A stretch of 64,000 nt of DNA from the NCBI GenBank assembly GCA_043228905.1, contig JBHGNT010000013.1, positions 5,580,001 through 5,644,000 of the forward strand. The letters run 5' to 3'. Below the pieces are notes generated by a model. The model was not told where the DNA came from, did not search any database, and saw nothing but the letters and a program-made list of their open reading frames with translations. The position numbers and the translations under genes were made by a program. Positions within the stretch are counted from its first letter, which is position 1, and the number at the start of each line of letters is the position of its first letter. Of this stretch, positions 53,619 to 64,000 are shown piece after piece. The DNA is from Azolla caroliniana (taxonomy: Eukaryota > Plantae > Polypodiophyta).

Positions 53619-53692
53619 GTCATTGTAGTATAGTGGCAAGTATACCGCCTACCATGCGGGTGACCTAGGTTCGATCCGAGGCAACGTCGCCA
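53619..53692 (+). tRNA. trnD: tRNA-Asp-derived pseudogene, copy 3, ends in CCA
   Basis: GTCATTGTAGTATAGTGGCAAGTATACCGCCTACCATGCGGGTGACCTAGGTTCGATCCGAGGCAACGTCG-CCA; A box and B box intact. Confidence 0.85.
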
Positions 53693-53907
53693 ACTTCCGT
53701 TTGGGGCCCATTTTGTTGACCGACGCCATTGGGCGATGCCCTCGAGGATCCCTAAGAGCTCCCATGGTGGCCGTCCCCATCCCGATGGGTTTCTTGTTCG
53801 CGTGCATCGTCCCCGTAGTCGTCGGACACGGGACGTATCAGGTTTATTGTCCGATAATTGCGGCACCTCCGAATGAGAGGAACATCCGTGATTCCTCTCT
53901 CGAGAAT

Positions 53908-53979
53908 GTCATTGTAGTGTAGTGAGGAGTATTCTCGCCTATCACGTGGGTGACCCGGATTCGATCCCCGGCAATGGCG
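53908..53979 (+). tRNA. trnD: tRNA-Asp-derived pseudogene, copy 4 (anticodon ATC, followed by CCG)
   Basis: GTCATTGTAGTGTAGTGAGGAGTATTCTCGCCTATCACGTGGGTGACCCGGATTCGATCCCCGGCAATGGCG. Confidence 0.85.
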
Positions 53980-54753
53980 CCGACTTTGGTTTGGGCCCCA
54001 TTTAGTTGCGTGATGCCCTCGAGGATCCCAAAGAGCGACATTCATTGTCCGTTGCTTTAGATTACTTCGTTAGAATCAAACACCGAGAAAGGGAATGGAG
54101 GTACAAATATACACATACACACAGACAATAAAAGAGAGAATACACAATATGTTTACGTGAAAAACCCTAAACGGGAAAAACCATGGGAATCGACAAACTC
54201 CAACTATCACTATGTAAAAGAATACAAGAGGGAAACACAGAGGCAACGACCTCCTGCTCACAATCTTCACTTGGTGGCGGTTACAATAGAGAGTCACTCT
54301 ATATTTCTCTCTCTCTCTCTCTCACTCTATATAGCTGTTACAACGATATGACAATAAGACTATTTATAGATATAGCCCCCAATGGGATCACTGAAACATA
54401 TTTACAAATATGTCTTCTAATCCGGTGAGAGGTTCTCACCGAGCCTTCTTCATCCGGTTCTCATCGGGCCTTCATATCCCATCCTGAGGGATCGAAATCC
54501 CAACAATCTCCCCCTTCACTCCGGCATGGGATGTCTTACCAGTCCAATCCACTTCCGACTTGCATCCAACTTGTTGGGCAGTAGCACCTTGGTCAACATA
54601 TCCAAGTGTGGATCTTCGTCAACACGAACTCTCGATCTTCCACTCGCTCCCGGATCCAGTGGTACCTGCGTTGGATGTGCTTCGTCCGGGAATGGTATGC
54701 CACGCTCTTTGCAATGTGGATGGCACTTTGACTGTCGCAGTAGAGCCGATATT

Positions 54754-55187
54754 TGTCAGAACCAAGGATAAAAGATAGAGTGATGGAAGAAGGATATTAG
54801 AGAACACGAGAAGAAAGGAACGAAATACTAAGAGAAGAATGGATGTATAAGATAGAGAAAGAAAGAGAATGGATACAAGATATGTAATGAGAGCTAAACA
54901 CTGGTGTTGATTCGAATTGATTTGAGAATACATGTATGCCCTTATTTATAGGTTCCTATAGAATAGCTTAGAGATTTCTAGAATGTTCTAAACCTAGAAT
55001 GCTCTAGGACATTCTAGAACATTCTAGAATAATCTAGAGGTTTTACAATAATCAATGTAATATAAGAAGTAGCTTTTATTGTTTCATATAACAATAAGCT
55101 ATCTTAATGGTTGAGGTTTTCAAGTATGGATTACAAGGTTCGAGGTTCAAGTCCAGGTGACGCCATAATGGTCATGTGTTCATGATA
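54754..55187 (-). mobile_element. Solo LTR (434 bp) inserted in U RNase H, TSD ATATT/GTATT
   Basis: TGTCA...TGATA ends, host RNase H continues on both sides, minus-strand TATAAATA at 54950-54943. Confidence 0.85.
54976..55039 (-). promoter_or_regulatory. Heat-shock element array (nGAAn inverted repeats) upstream of the LTR TATA box
   Basis: TTCtaGAAtgTTC at 54976-54988 and TTCtaGAAcaTTCtaGAA at 55012-55029, within an in-phase run 54997-55039. Confidence 0.75.
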
Positions 55188-57168
55188 GTATTCTTCTTGC
55201 CGGATCCCTAGCTCTCCGATGAAGTCCTTCATCCATAGTATTTCCTTGCCGGCTTCCACCCGTGCCATGTACTCCGCTTTTGTAGTTGACAACGCAACCA
55301 CTTTCTGTAGCCTTGATTGCCACATAACATCTCTCCTTGCATAAGTCATGATGTAATCTGATGTAGACCGACAGTTATCCGCATCAGCCGACATATCCGA
55401 ATTCGTGAATTTGTCAAGTTGGGGTTTATCAGAGCCAAATCAGAGACACATACTCGAGGTGTCCTTCAAGTACCGGAGTATCCATTTTACTGTGTTCTAG
55501 TGCTCTCTTCCGGGATTGCTCATGAATCGGCTCACCACTCCGACTGCATATCCGATATCTAGTCGGGTACACACCATTGCAATACATCAAGCTCCCGACT
55601 GCAGAGGCATATGGTATCTTCATCATATCCGCCTTCTCGGCCTTTGTCTTCGGGCTTTGCTTACTGGATAATTTGCAGCTTGCCGGTAGTGTTGATGCAA
55701 CCGGTTTTGCATCCGACATGTTGAATCGCTGAAGCACCTTTGTCACGTACTTTTCCTGTGACAGCCACAATTGCTTCTCCGACCAGTCTCGGATGATATG
55801 CATCCCTAATATCTGTCTTGCCGGACCCAAGTCTTTCATTGAGAAGGTCTGGTCAAGCGCCTTCTTTAGCGTCTGAATCTTCCCTTGGTCTCGTCTGATG
55901 ATCAACATGTTGTCCACATATAGGAGCAGTATCTGGAGGTCATCTCCATCCAATTTCTTCACAAATACTTACTGATCGGCCTATGTCTTGTGGTACCCTT
56001 GACGGGTCATGAAGGAATCAAACTTCTGGTACCATTGCCGGGGAACCTATTTCAATCCGTATAGGCTCTTCTTCAGCCAGCAAACCAGGTGCTCCTTCCC
56101 TTTCTTTATAAATACTTCCGGTTGCTGCATGTAGATCTCTTTTTCGAGGTCACTGTGGAGGAACGTCGTCTTCACGTCTAACTACTCTACCTCAAGGTCC
56201 ATGCTTGCCGCTGTGCTCAGCACCGTCCGGATGGAAGTCATCTTTACTACCGGGGCAAATATTTCGTCGAAGTCCACTCCCTTCTTTTGCTGAAACCCCT
56301 CCACCACGATCCTGGCTTTGTATCTCAGGGGGTTACTGGAATCTCCAAGTTTCAGCTTGTACACCCATTTGTTCTGGAGTGCCCTCTTCCCTTTCGGCAA
56401 CTCCACCAATTCATAAGTGTGGTTCTCATATAGGGAATCCATCTCATCCTGCATGGCACTTAACTAGTTTCGGCTATGGGTGTCCTCCTTTGCATCATCG
56501 AATCTTTCTGGCTTCCCCTCACCGGTTAGCAACATACGCTCTGCATCCGGAAATCTCCGAGGGGGCCTTCACTCTCCAAGAGAATATATCCGACATTGGC
56601 TTTCGGCAACCGGCTCCTTCATTTGTTCTTCATCTGAATCTGATTAGGGGTCCTGTCCGGTTCCAGTTTCCACTTCCTCTTCTTTTTCTTCTTCGCTCGG
56701 TTCGGGTTCTGCTTCGAAACCGGCCAATTCTTCGAGTGTCAGTCAGCTCCTTGCCAGGTAGGTCCATGTCTCATCGAACTGATCCTTACCGGTCGACTCA
56801 GAGTTCATTATCTTCTTCTCTGACTCCCAGTCGGCAAGGTCTTGTCCTCCATGAAGATAATATCTCGACTCCGAAACACCTTCTTGTCGACCAGGTCCCA
56901 CACTCGGTAGCCGAACTCATCATCTCCGTATCCGAGGAATATGCAAGACCGGGACTTTGGATCCAGCTTTGCTCTCTAGTCCTTTGCAACATGGACATAG
57001 GCAAAACACCCAAACACCTTTAGATGTCGGTAAGACACTTCCTTACCGGTCCATACTCTCTGCGGTGTGTCTCCGTCCCAGTGTACTGAGGGTGTTCTAT
57101 GTATCACGTACATCGCTTTCGACAACGCCTCAACCCAAAACATCTTGGGAAACTTGGCATGTGCTAGC

Positions 57169-57802
57169 TGTTAGGAAACAGGTCCCTCCGGATAGGAAGT
57201 GAGAAGAACAGTGTTGATGAGAATCCGGATGTGGAGTACCTGGCAACGGAAGACCCGGTGAGAACCGGATGATGAGTACCCGACAAGGAAGATCCGGTGA
57301 GAACCGGATGCTGCAGGCCCAGTGAGAACCTCTCATTGGATGGAAGGGGCAAATATGTAAATATGTTCCAAAGAGCCCACTGGGGCTATATTTGTAAATA
57401 GCCCGAAAGTCATATTAGTATAAATATGACCTAGAGCAAACTTAATAGTAATGATGATAGAGTTATTGGTATAACTTTTGTATAGTGCGTAAGAGAGAGA
57501 GAGAGAGAGAGCGATATACAGAGATTGTGTCTCTATTATAAACCGCCACTAGGCGAAGATTGTGAGCAAGAGGTCGTTGCCTCTGTGCTCCCTGTTATAT
57601 TCTTCTTACAGAGTGATAGTTTGGAGTCTGTGGACTCCCGTGGTTTTTCCCTCTCAGGGTTTTCCACGTTAATATCTTGTGTATTCTCTTTCTGTTTTGT
57701 GTACTTACCTCCATTCCCATTTCGTCCGTGTTTTGATTGTCATCAAGTGATCTACGCTTCGGTTGTGGCTGGAGCATCAAGTAATCCGCGTATTGCACAT
57801 CA
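57169..57802 (+). mobile_element. Solo Copia LTR (634 bp) inserted antisense in U integrase, TSD CTAGC/CGAGC
   Basis: TGTT...ATCA ends, removal restores host RSMLAHAK, U5 similar to the LTRs of U. Confidence 0.88.
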
Positions 57803-60014
57803 CGAGCATACTCCGGACTCTCTCCATTACAGTCTGGTTCATCCTCTCGGCCAGCCCATTTAGTTCCGGCGTCTTGGACACGGTAAATTCGAGCCGGATT
57901 CCCTTCGACCAGCAGTACTCCTCGAACTGCCCCCGGTATTCTCCTCTGTTATCTGCTTGAACCGCCTTCAGCTTGTGGCCGGTTTCCCTTTCCACTCTCG
58001 CGTGGAGCTGCTTGAAGACGGATAATACCTGATCCTTGGTGTTCAACGGTGTGGACCACAACTTCCGACTGTGGTCATCTATGAACGTTACGAAGTACTA
58101 CGATCTGGCATGTGACTTCGTGTCTACTTGACACACATCGGTATGCACCAACTCAAGTGGTGCATTCGATCTCATTGGTGGCCTTGACCGGAAGGAGGTT
58201 CAATTTTGCTTACCGGCTAGGCAGTTGGTGCACTTCTCAAGTTGCACGTCTTTCACCGGAATGAGGTTGTCTTCGGCAAGCGTTGTCATCCCCTTCTCGC
58301 TCATATGACACAATCTCTTGTGCCACAACTCACCGGTAGTGTCGGAAGCAACGTTCACTTCTTCCCGGCATAACTGGGCGTTCATCAAGTAGAAAGTGTT
58401 GACTTTCCGGGTCCGAGCCACTATTAGGCTCCCTTTGCTGAACTTCATTAGCTTGTTCCGGATGCTACTTGTGTAGCCTTCATCATCTACCTGATCGGCT
58501 GATAGTACGCTTTGTCGAACCTCAGGAACGTGCCGAACATCCTTCAGCAGCAACTTGCATCCGGTTGGTGTTGTCAACCACACGTGTCCTATGTCGACAA
58601 TTTGGCATGTTCCTTCATTCCCCATCCGGACACAATCGTGCTCACTGGTTGTGTAGGATGAGAAGCATTTCCGGTCTAGGGTAAGATGGAACGATGCTCT
58701 AGAATCGAAAACCCATGTTGTCTGGTTGTCGGCAAGGTTCAACTCACTCTCCTCGGTGATGAGCATTAGTTCCTCTTCACTTGCCGCGATCGTCGTCGTT
58801 CCCTTCCGGTCCGGTCCTCTCCAATCCGAACCATTTCGGTCTGGAGACCGCTTCGAATCGGTGTTGTCAGTTCCCTTGTCCTTCCAGAAATGCTGAGTGT
58901 TCTTCTGGAAACGGCCCGGCTTGCCGCAATAGAAGCAAGCGTGCCTCCCCGTTGACTTTGGCCGTGTCCCCAATTTTTCCCAGTTCTTGGGACTCCGGTT
59001 TCTTTGCCTTCCATGTTCTGATCCGGTAAGCAGCCCTTTGGGGCCCGAGATCACCTCTTTGTCTTTTCGACATGCCTCCTCATCTAGCAAGCTCGACTTG
59101 ACTCTCGCTAGGGATAGTTGTTTTCCTTCCGGCCCAGCGTTGCCCAATGTGACAACTAATGTCTCCCAGCTATCTGGGAGGGAACCGAGTAGGAGTAATG
59201 CTAGTACCTCATCTAGAAGAGGTACTTCGAACGACGTTGCCTGGTGTATCAGTCCCAGGAAGGAATTAATGTGCTGTGGCATGCTAGAGCCATCTTGGTA
59301 CTAGAGCCTCACTAGCTTCTGGAATATCGAAAGATAATGTTTGAAAGATAATGTCGATCTTCTCCTAGAGCTCATGAGCCTTGCTCTCTTCATTGAAGTT
59401 GTTGTACATGATCATGGCGATGAAGCGCCGGATATACGCCATTTGTCTTCATGTGCATCACTTCCCATATCATGGCATCAATCTTGTCTGGTCTTGCGTC
59501 CCCGAACTGCACCGGCAGCCAAAGATCTTTAACCACGAGCATGTCCCTCAACTTCGACTTCCACACTAAGTAGTTAGAGTTGGTGAGCTTGAACATGCTG
59601 CCAAACAAATCTTCCATTCTTTATGTTGTTCGCTCTGATACCATATTGTTGCAAAATACGCGGAATATTACTCGGCCACAACCGAGCCATTAGATTACTT
59701 CGATAGAATCAAACACCGAGAAAGGGAATGAAGGTAAATATACACGTACACATAGACAATAAAAGAGAGAATACACAATATTTTTATGTGGAAAACCCTA
59801 AACGGGAAAAACCACGGGTGTCCACAAACTCCAGCTATCACTATGTAAAAGAATACAACATTGAAACATAGAGGCCACGACCTCATGCTCACAATCTTCG
59901 CCTGGCGCCGGTTGCAACAGAGACTCACTCTATAGCTATCTCTATCTCTCAATGTACAACTGTTACAATGATAATGGCAACTACTTCATACTAAAATGGT
60001 TTGCGCTAGGAATA

Positions 60015-61663
60015 TCCAAGGCTGGAACTTTGGATCCAGCTTTGCTCTCTAGTCCTTTGCATCATGCACGCATGCAAAGACACCCAAACACCTTCAGATG
60101 TCGGTAAAACGCTTCCTTACCGGTCCATACTCTTTGCGGTGTGTCTCCGTCCAAGAGTACTGAGGGTGATCTGTTTATCACGTATGTCGTTGTCGACAGC
60201 GCCTCAGCCCAAAACGTCTTTGGTAACTTGGCATGTGCCAGCATTCTCGGGACTGTCTCCATTATGGTCCGGTTCATCCTCTCGGCCAGTCCATTTAGTT
60301 CTGACATCTTCGGCGTGGTAAATTCGAGCCGGATTCCCTTCGAGCGGCAGTACTCCTCGAACTACCCCTGGTATTCTCCTCTATGATCTGCTCGTACCGC
60401 CTTCAGCTTCTGGCCGGTCTCCCTTTCCACTCTCGCGTGGAGCTCCTTGAAGACGAATAGCACCTGATCCTTCGTCTTCAGCGGTGTGGCCCACAACTTC
60501 CGGTTGTGGTCATCTATGAACGTCATGAAGTAGTGCGATCCGGCATGTGACTTCGTGTCTACCTGACACACATCGGTATGCACCAGCTCAAATGGTGCAT
60601 TCGGTCTCATCGATGGCCTTGACCGGAAGGAGGTCCGGTTTTGCTTACCGGCCAGGTAGTCTGTGCACTTCTCCAGGTGCACGTCTTTCACCGGAATGAG
60701 GTTGACTTCGGCAAGCCTTCTCATCCCCTTCTCACTCATACGACACAATCTCTTGTGCCACAGCTCACTGGTAGCATCGGAAGCAACGTTCACTTCTTCC
60801 CGGCATAACTGGGCGTTCATCAGGTACAAAGTGTTGATTTTCTGGGCCTCGGCCACTATTAGGTTCCCTTTGCTGAACTTCATTACTCTGTTCCGATAGT
60901 ACAATGATAATGGCAAGAATCCTCTTGAGATTCACCCACGTATCCTTTACCGTCTTGCCATCCCGAATGTAGCTCAAGAACTGGTCGCTCATACAGGATG
61001 CAAAGTAGTAGAGAATTCTGCTTGCCGCTTGTCCCCAAGTCAGAAAATCTCTGTGTGTTGATTTGGGTGTTGCATCATTAGCTCCTTGGACATAACTCCA
61101 ATAAGCAAGACCGAGCAGGTACTGGTGCATCTTGTATGACCAAGATGCGTAGTTGCTCTTGTCGAGCTTCTCAGTGGGTAGCGAGCTTCCCATTCCTCTG
61201 TCCATATTGTCGTCATACCTTTTCCAGAAAACAAGGAAACTTGACTTTGTCTTTATCGCTTGCTTTTCTATCGGCTACAGAGGACACATTGTAAAAGAAT
61301 ACATGCAGAAACTCGTGTGTAAAATACACAGAGTACACTACTCGGAAATATGACAATTTGGTAAAACACAGAAAACAGAGAGAAGAAGAAGAGGGAGAGA
61401 CGTCGAGATCAGACAACAATTCTATTCCAAGAAAATAACACATTGTACATAGGATGCGCTCAAAGAGCGCTTTTATACAAGTCCATACGGACTGAGAGAA
61501 GGATTAACTCATACTTCAATGCTCATCAATGAGCCCCTACACTAACTCCCAAAATATATTCCTCCACGGAATATCTATCCAACGGCCTCTTGCTTTACGC
61601 ACCGCTACAGCCTCTCGTTGCGCGCCTGATTTATGCACCCAATATTGAGCTTGTATCTCAACA
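60015..61663 (-). mobile_element. Chimeric Copia remnant: Y-family 5' LTR (61663-61290) and gag start, fused at ~60900 to a U-family integrase
   Basis: ORF 60765-61205 MDRGMGSSLPTEKLDKSNYASWSYKMHQYLLG is Y-type gag. ORF 60362-60916 is closely similar to U integrase. No PBS next to the LTR. Confidence 0.85.
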
Positions 61664-61939
61664 TGAACTATCGATAATTTAAATGTCATGATGGATTACT
61701 ATTCTTTAAGAAACTCTTGTATGATCCTAATGGTTCTTGTCACCTTCGAGTAGTCCAAAATTGTCATGACACATATACAACTGGGAATTTCGGTAGTACT
61801 AAAACATTACATTTAGTACAACGATCATTTTGGTGGCCTCATATGGGGCGATTTGTCAAAGACTATGTTCGGACATGTCATACATATTGTATAGCAAAGA
61901 TGCTAAGACATCATCCATATGGTTTATTGGAACCATTAC
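61664..61939 (+). pseudogene. Gypsy integrase zinc-binding (HHCC) fragment, chromovirus-like
   Basis: CHDTYTTGNFGSTKTLHLVQRSFWWPHMGRFVKDYVRTCHTYCIAK...PYGLLEPL. Confidence 0.8.
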
Positions 61940-64000
61940 TGTCGAATACATGTGTATAATGGACGTATTCACACCATCCCGTTTTGGCCATTTATGTAAT
62001 TAGCATAAAGGGTAGTTGCCCTAAGTCGGTCACTATATATAGTGACCTTGTAACCTCTTTGTAAGGTTGGTTGTTGTATTGTTGCTTTATGAAATAAGAA
62101 ATTCTTTTGTGTCTCTCTCTCTCTCTCTCTCTGTGCAACGACCTACATTCTGTCATACACAGGGAATAAACAGGAATCGAGTGCTTCAAGACTTCCGCAC
62201 AGACGACATTGCTTCCAACATCTGGTATCAGAGCCTGCACAGTAGTCGGTTCTTCAATCCGCTGTCGGCCGTCGTCTCTGCATTCGGTTCCCTGCGTCAT
62301 TCGAAGAAGAGAGAAGAAGAAGAAAAACCAGGTTTGCATCTCATCGCGTTAGATCATCTTTGTTTGGAGTAAGCCAGCAGGTTGTACTCCGCTCCCCGTG
62401 ATCGTAACCGCTCGAGGTGAAATCCCCTTGTGCAACCCTGACAACAACCCAAATTCATGCTTCATCTGGCTGATCGACATTCGGGAGGATCAGTCGGATC
62501 CGTCTCTCTCGTCGCTGCAGTCAACCGAAGCAAAATCGGTTCAGATAATCGGTTTTAATAATCGGTATTCGGCATATATATCCGAAACGAACCGGGCTCA
62601 CTCCGACTCGGCAACATTCGGGAAGACCAGTCGGTTCTGTCCCTCAAGTTACCGGAGTCAATTCGAGCAAGTTCCGAAGCCGAACCGACTCGGGTTCAAA
62701 TCCGACTAGAACGATATCGGGTGAGCCAACCGGCTGCACTCCAACAAGGTTCGTAGTCAACTCCGAACCGAGCTTCGTCAACTGAAACCGAATTTGATGG
62801 CATCAACATCCGGCTCGTCAGAAATGAGTCTACGAAAGTTCGATGGATCGAACTTCAACTTCTGGAAGGAACAAATGCAGGACTATCTCATAGTCAAGGG
62901 GCAAATCGACCCCATCGAAAATGAAGAACCTCCAGAAGGATACAAACCAATTGAGTGGCAGAAGCTGGACAGAATCGTCCGCGCCACGATTCGGATGCAC
63001 CTATCGGAATCGGTATACTTCACGGTGCAATCGTGTACGACAGCATTCGAACTGTGGAAAACACTGTCGGACACTTACGAAAAGAAGGTCGCCGCAACGA
63101 AGATGTTTCTGATCCGGCGCCTCTACAACTTGCGGATGAAAGAATCCGACTCGGTCCAAGCACACCTCAATGAGTACGAAAGCATAAGCTCCCAAATCTC
63201 GTCACAGGGGACGGCAATCGAGGATGAACTCAGAGCAATGATACTCATGAGCAGCCTTCCCCCATCATGGGAAACTTTCGTCACAACCGTGTGCAACGCG
63301 TCAACCACGGCTGTTAAATACTCCGAAGTCACGAGCGCAATCCTGACCGAAGCAGCTCGGAGAAAGTCTTTCGCCAAAGACTCAACAGACGACGCCTACG
63401 TAGTACAAGGTTCGACAGACCGTTCGAACATACGAGGAAGAGATCCCTCACGACCGCCGAACAATCAGCGAAGACGGAGCCAGTCACGGGATAACCGAAT
63501 CTGCAACTATTGCAAGAAACCCGGACACATCAAAGCCGACTGCCGCACACTCAAGAACAAGAACAACAAGAAGAGTGGCCGGCATGAGGAGATCAATTAC
63601 GTCAGCTTCTCAGCTGATGTACTACCGGACGACCCGAATATACTATCAATAGAAAATCCAGTCGGATCAGAAGTTCTACTCACGACTGAAGAATCGAGCA
63701 CATGGCTCTTGGATTCGGGCGCGTCATTTCACGTGACTCCTCATCGATCCCAATTTCGGCAATATACGATCCGTCACTCCGACTCAGTTCGAGTCGGCAA
63801 CTCACAACACTGTGACATCGTCGGAATCGGCACAGTAGAGCTCAACCTTGCAGGGGGCTCTACACTTGTACTCCACAATGTCCGACATGTACCCGAGCTC
63901 ACAAGGCCATTGATCTCAGTCGGACAACTAGATGAAGACGGCATTCGTGCCGGTTTTTCTTCGGGAGGGTGGACACTCCACAGGGGGAACCTCCTGCTTG
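61940..64000 (+). mobile_element. Ty1/Copia element T, 5' end; apparently young
   Basis: LTR TGTC...AACA 61940-62220, PBS TGGTATCAGAGCC 62223-62235, 5' UTR to 62796. Confidence 0.93.
62797..64000 (+). CDS. Copia gag-protease polyprotein, open to the window edge (partial)
   Basis: MASTSGSSEMSLRKFDGSNFNFWKEQMQDYL...CNYCKKPGHIKADC...WLLDSGASFHVT...LISVGQLD. No stop seen; it is absent from the ORF track, presumably because it is unterminated. Confidence 0.88.
   Translation, partial: MASTSGSSEMSLRKFDGSNFNFWKEQMQDYLIVKGQIDPIENEEPPEGYKPIEWQKLDRIVRATIRMHLSESVYFTVQSCTTAFELWKTLSDTYEKKVAATKMFLIRRLYNLRMKESDSVQAHLNEYESISSQISSQGTAIEDELRAMILMSSLPPSWETFVTTVCNASTTAVKYSEVTSAILTEAARRKSFAKDSTDDAYVVQGSTDRSNIRGRDPSRPPNNQRRRSQSRDNRICNYCKKPGHIKADCRTLKNKNNKKSGRHEEINYVSFSADVLPDDPNILSIENPVGSEVLLTTEESSTWLLDSGASFHVTPHRSQFRQYTIRHSDSVRVGNSQHCDIVGIGTVELNLAGGSTLVLHNVRHVPELTRPLISVGQLDEDGIRAGFSSGGWTLHRGNLLL

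Larger units (their letters stand above)
52670..54055 (+). repeat. Tandem array (~4 units, periods 446/339/289 bp), each unit with a tRNA-Asp copy
   Basis: Shared unit motifs TTTCTTGTTCGCGTG..., GGGACGTACC.GGTTTCATCG, GAGAGGAACAT, tRNA and GATGCCCTCGAGGATC.CCAAGAGCGACA. Confidence 0.95.
54056..60010 (-). mobile_element. Ty1/Copia element U (Tnt1/Tork-like), degenerate, with two solo LTRs inserted
   Basis: 5' LTR 59647-~60010 (truncated), PBS 59632-59643, gag ATG 59617, ORF 58200-59282 (CFYCGKPG, WVFDSRAS, LWHKRLCH), RT 55429-56454, PPT 54508-54519, 3' LTR 54505-54056 lacking its last ~45 nt. Confidence 0.93.

Noticed and set aside
52834-53979. Functional tRNA-Ile/Asp(ATC) or Gly(ACC) anticodon-shift genes
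   Set aside because: The anticodon changes are transitions accompanied by stem-breaking mutations, which fits pseudogene decay.
52670-54055. CRISPR-like repeat-spacer array
   Set aside because: The 'spacers' are homologous to each other, the repeat is a tRNA, the context is eukaryotic and there are no cas genes.
56205-57023. 272-aa plus-strand ORF
   Set aside because: It is the antisense shadow of Copia U pol.

Overview
This window is plant nuclear DNA that is almost entirely nested and degraded transposons. PLS-type PPR debris and the Gypsy lineages suggest a non-seed plant such as a fern (inference). There is one apparently intact host gene: a two-exon Bet v 1/PR-10/MLP-family gene on the minus strand (11349-11166, 7938-7655; 155 aa) with a hAT remnant in its 3.2-kb intron. 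The rest is about ten Ty1/Copia and six Ty3/Gypsy elements or fragments, several with LTR pairs, PBS/PPT and 5-bp TSDs that I could read directly, plus solo LTRs and local duplications. Most notable: (1) a tandem array at ~52670-54055 whose unit carries a full-length degenerate tRNA-Asp(GUC) ending in genomic CCA and which reads like a TRIM on the other strand; (2) a solo LTR with a canonical heat-shock-element array just upstream of its TATA box plus an antisense tRNA-type A/B-box module, a module also seen in other LTRs here; (3) three members of a Gypsy family with an extra 3' ORF, none retaining RT/RNase H, two sharing a conserved hairpin-like motif in place of a PPT, and two carrying copies of the same local host segment where RT should be. 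All coordinates and alignments were read by eye; no database searches were run.
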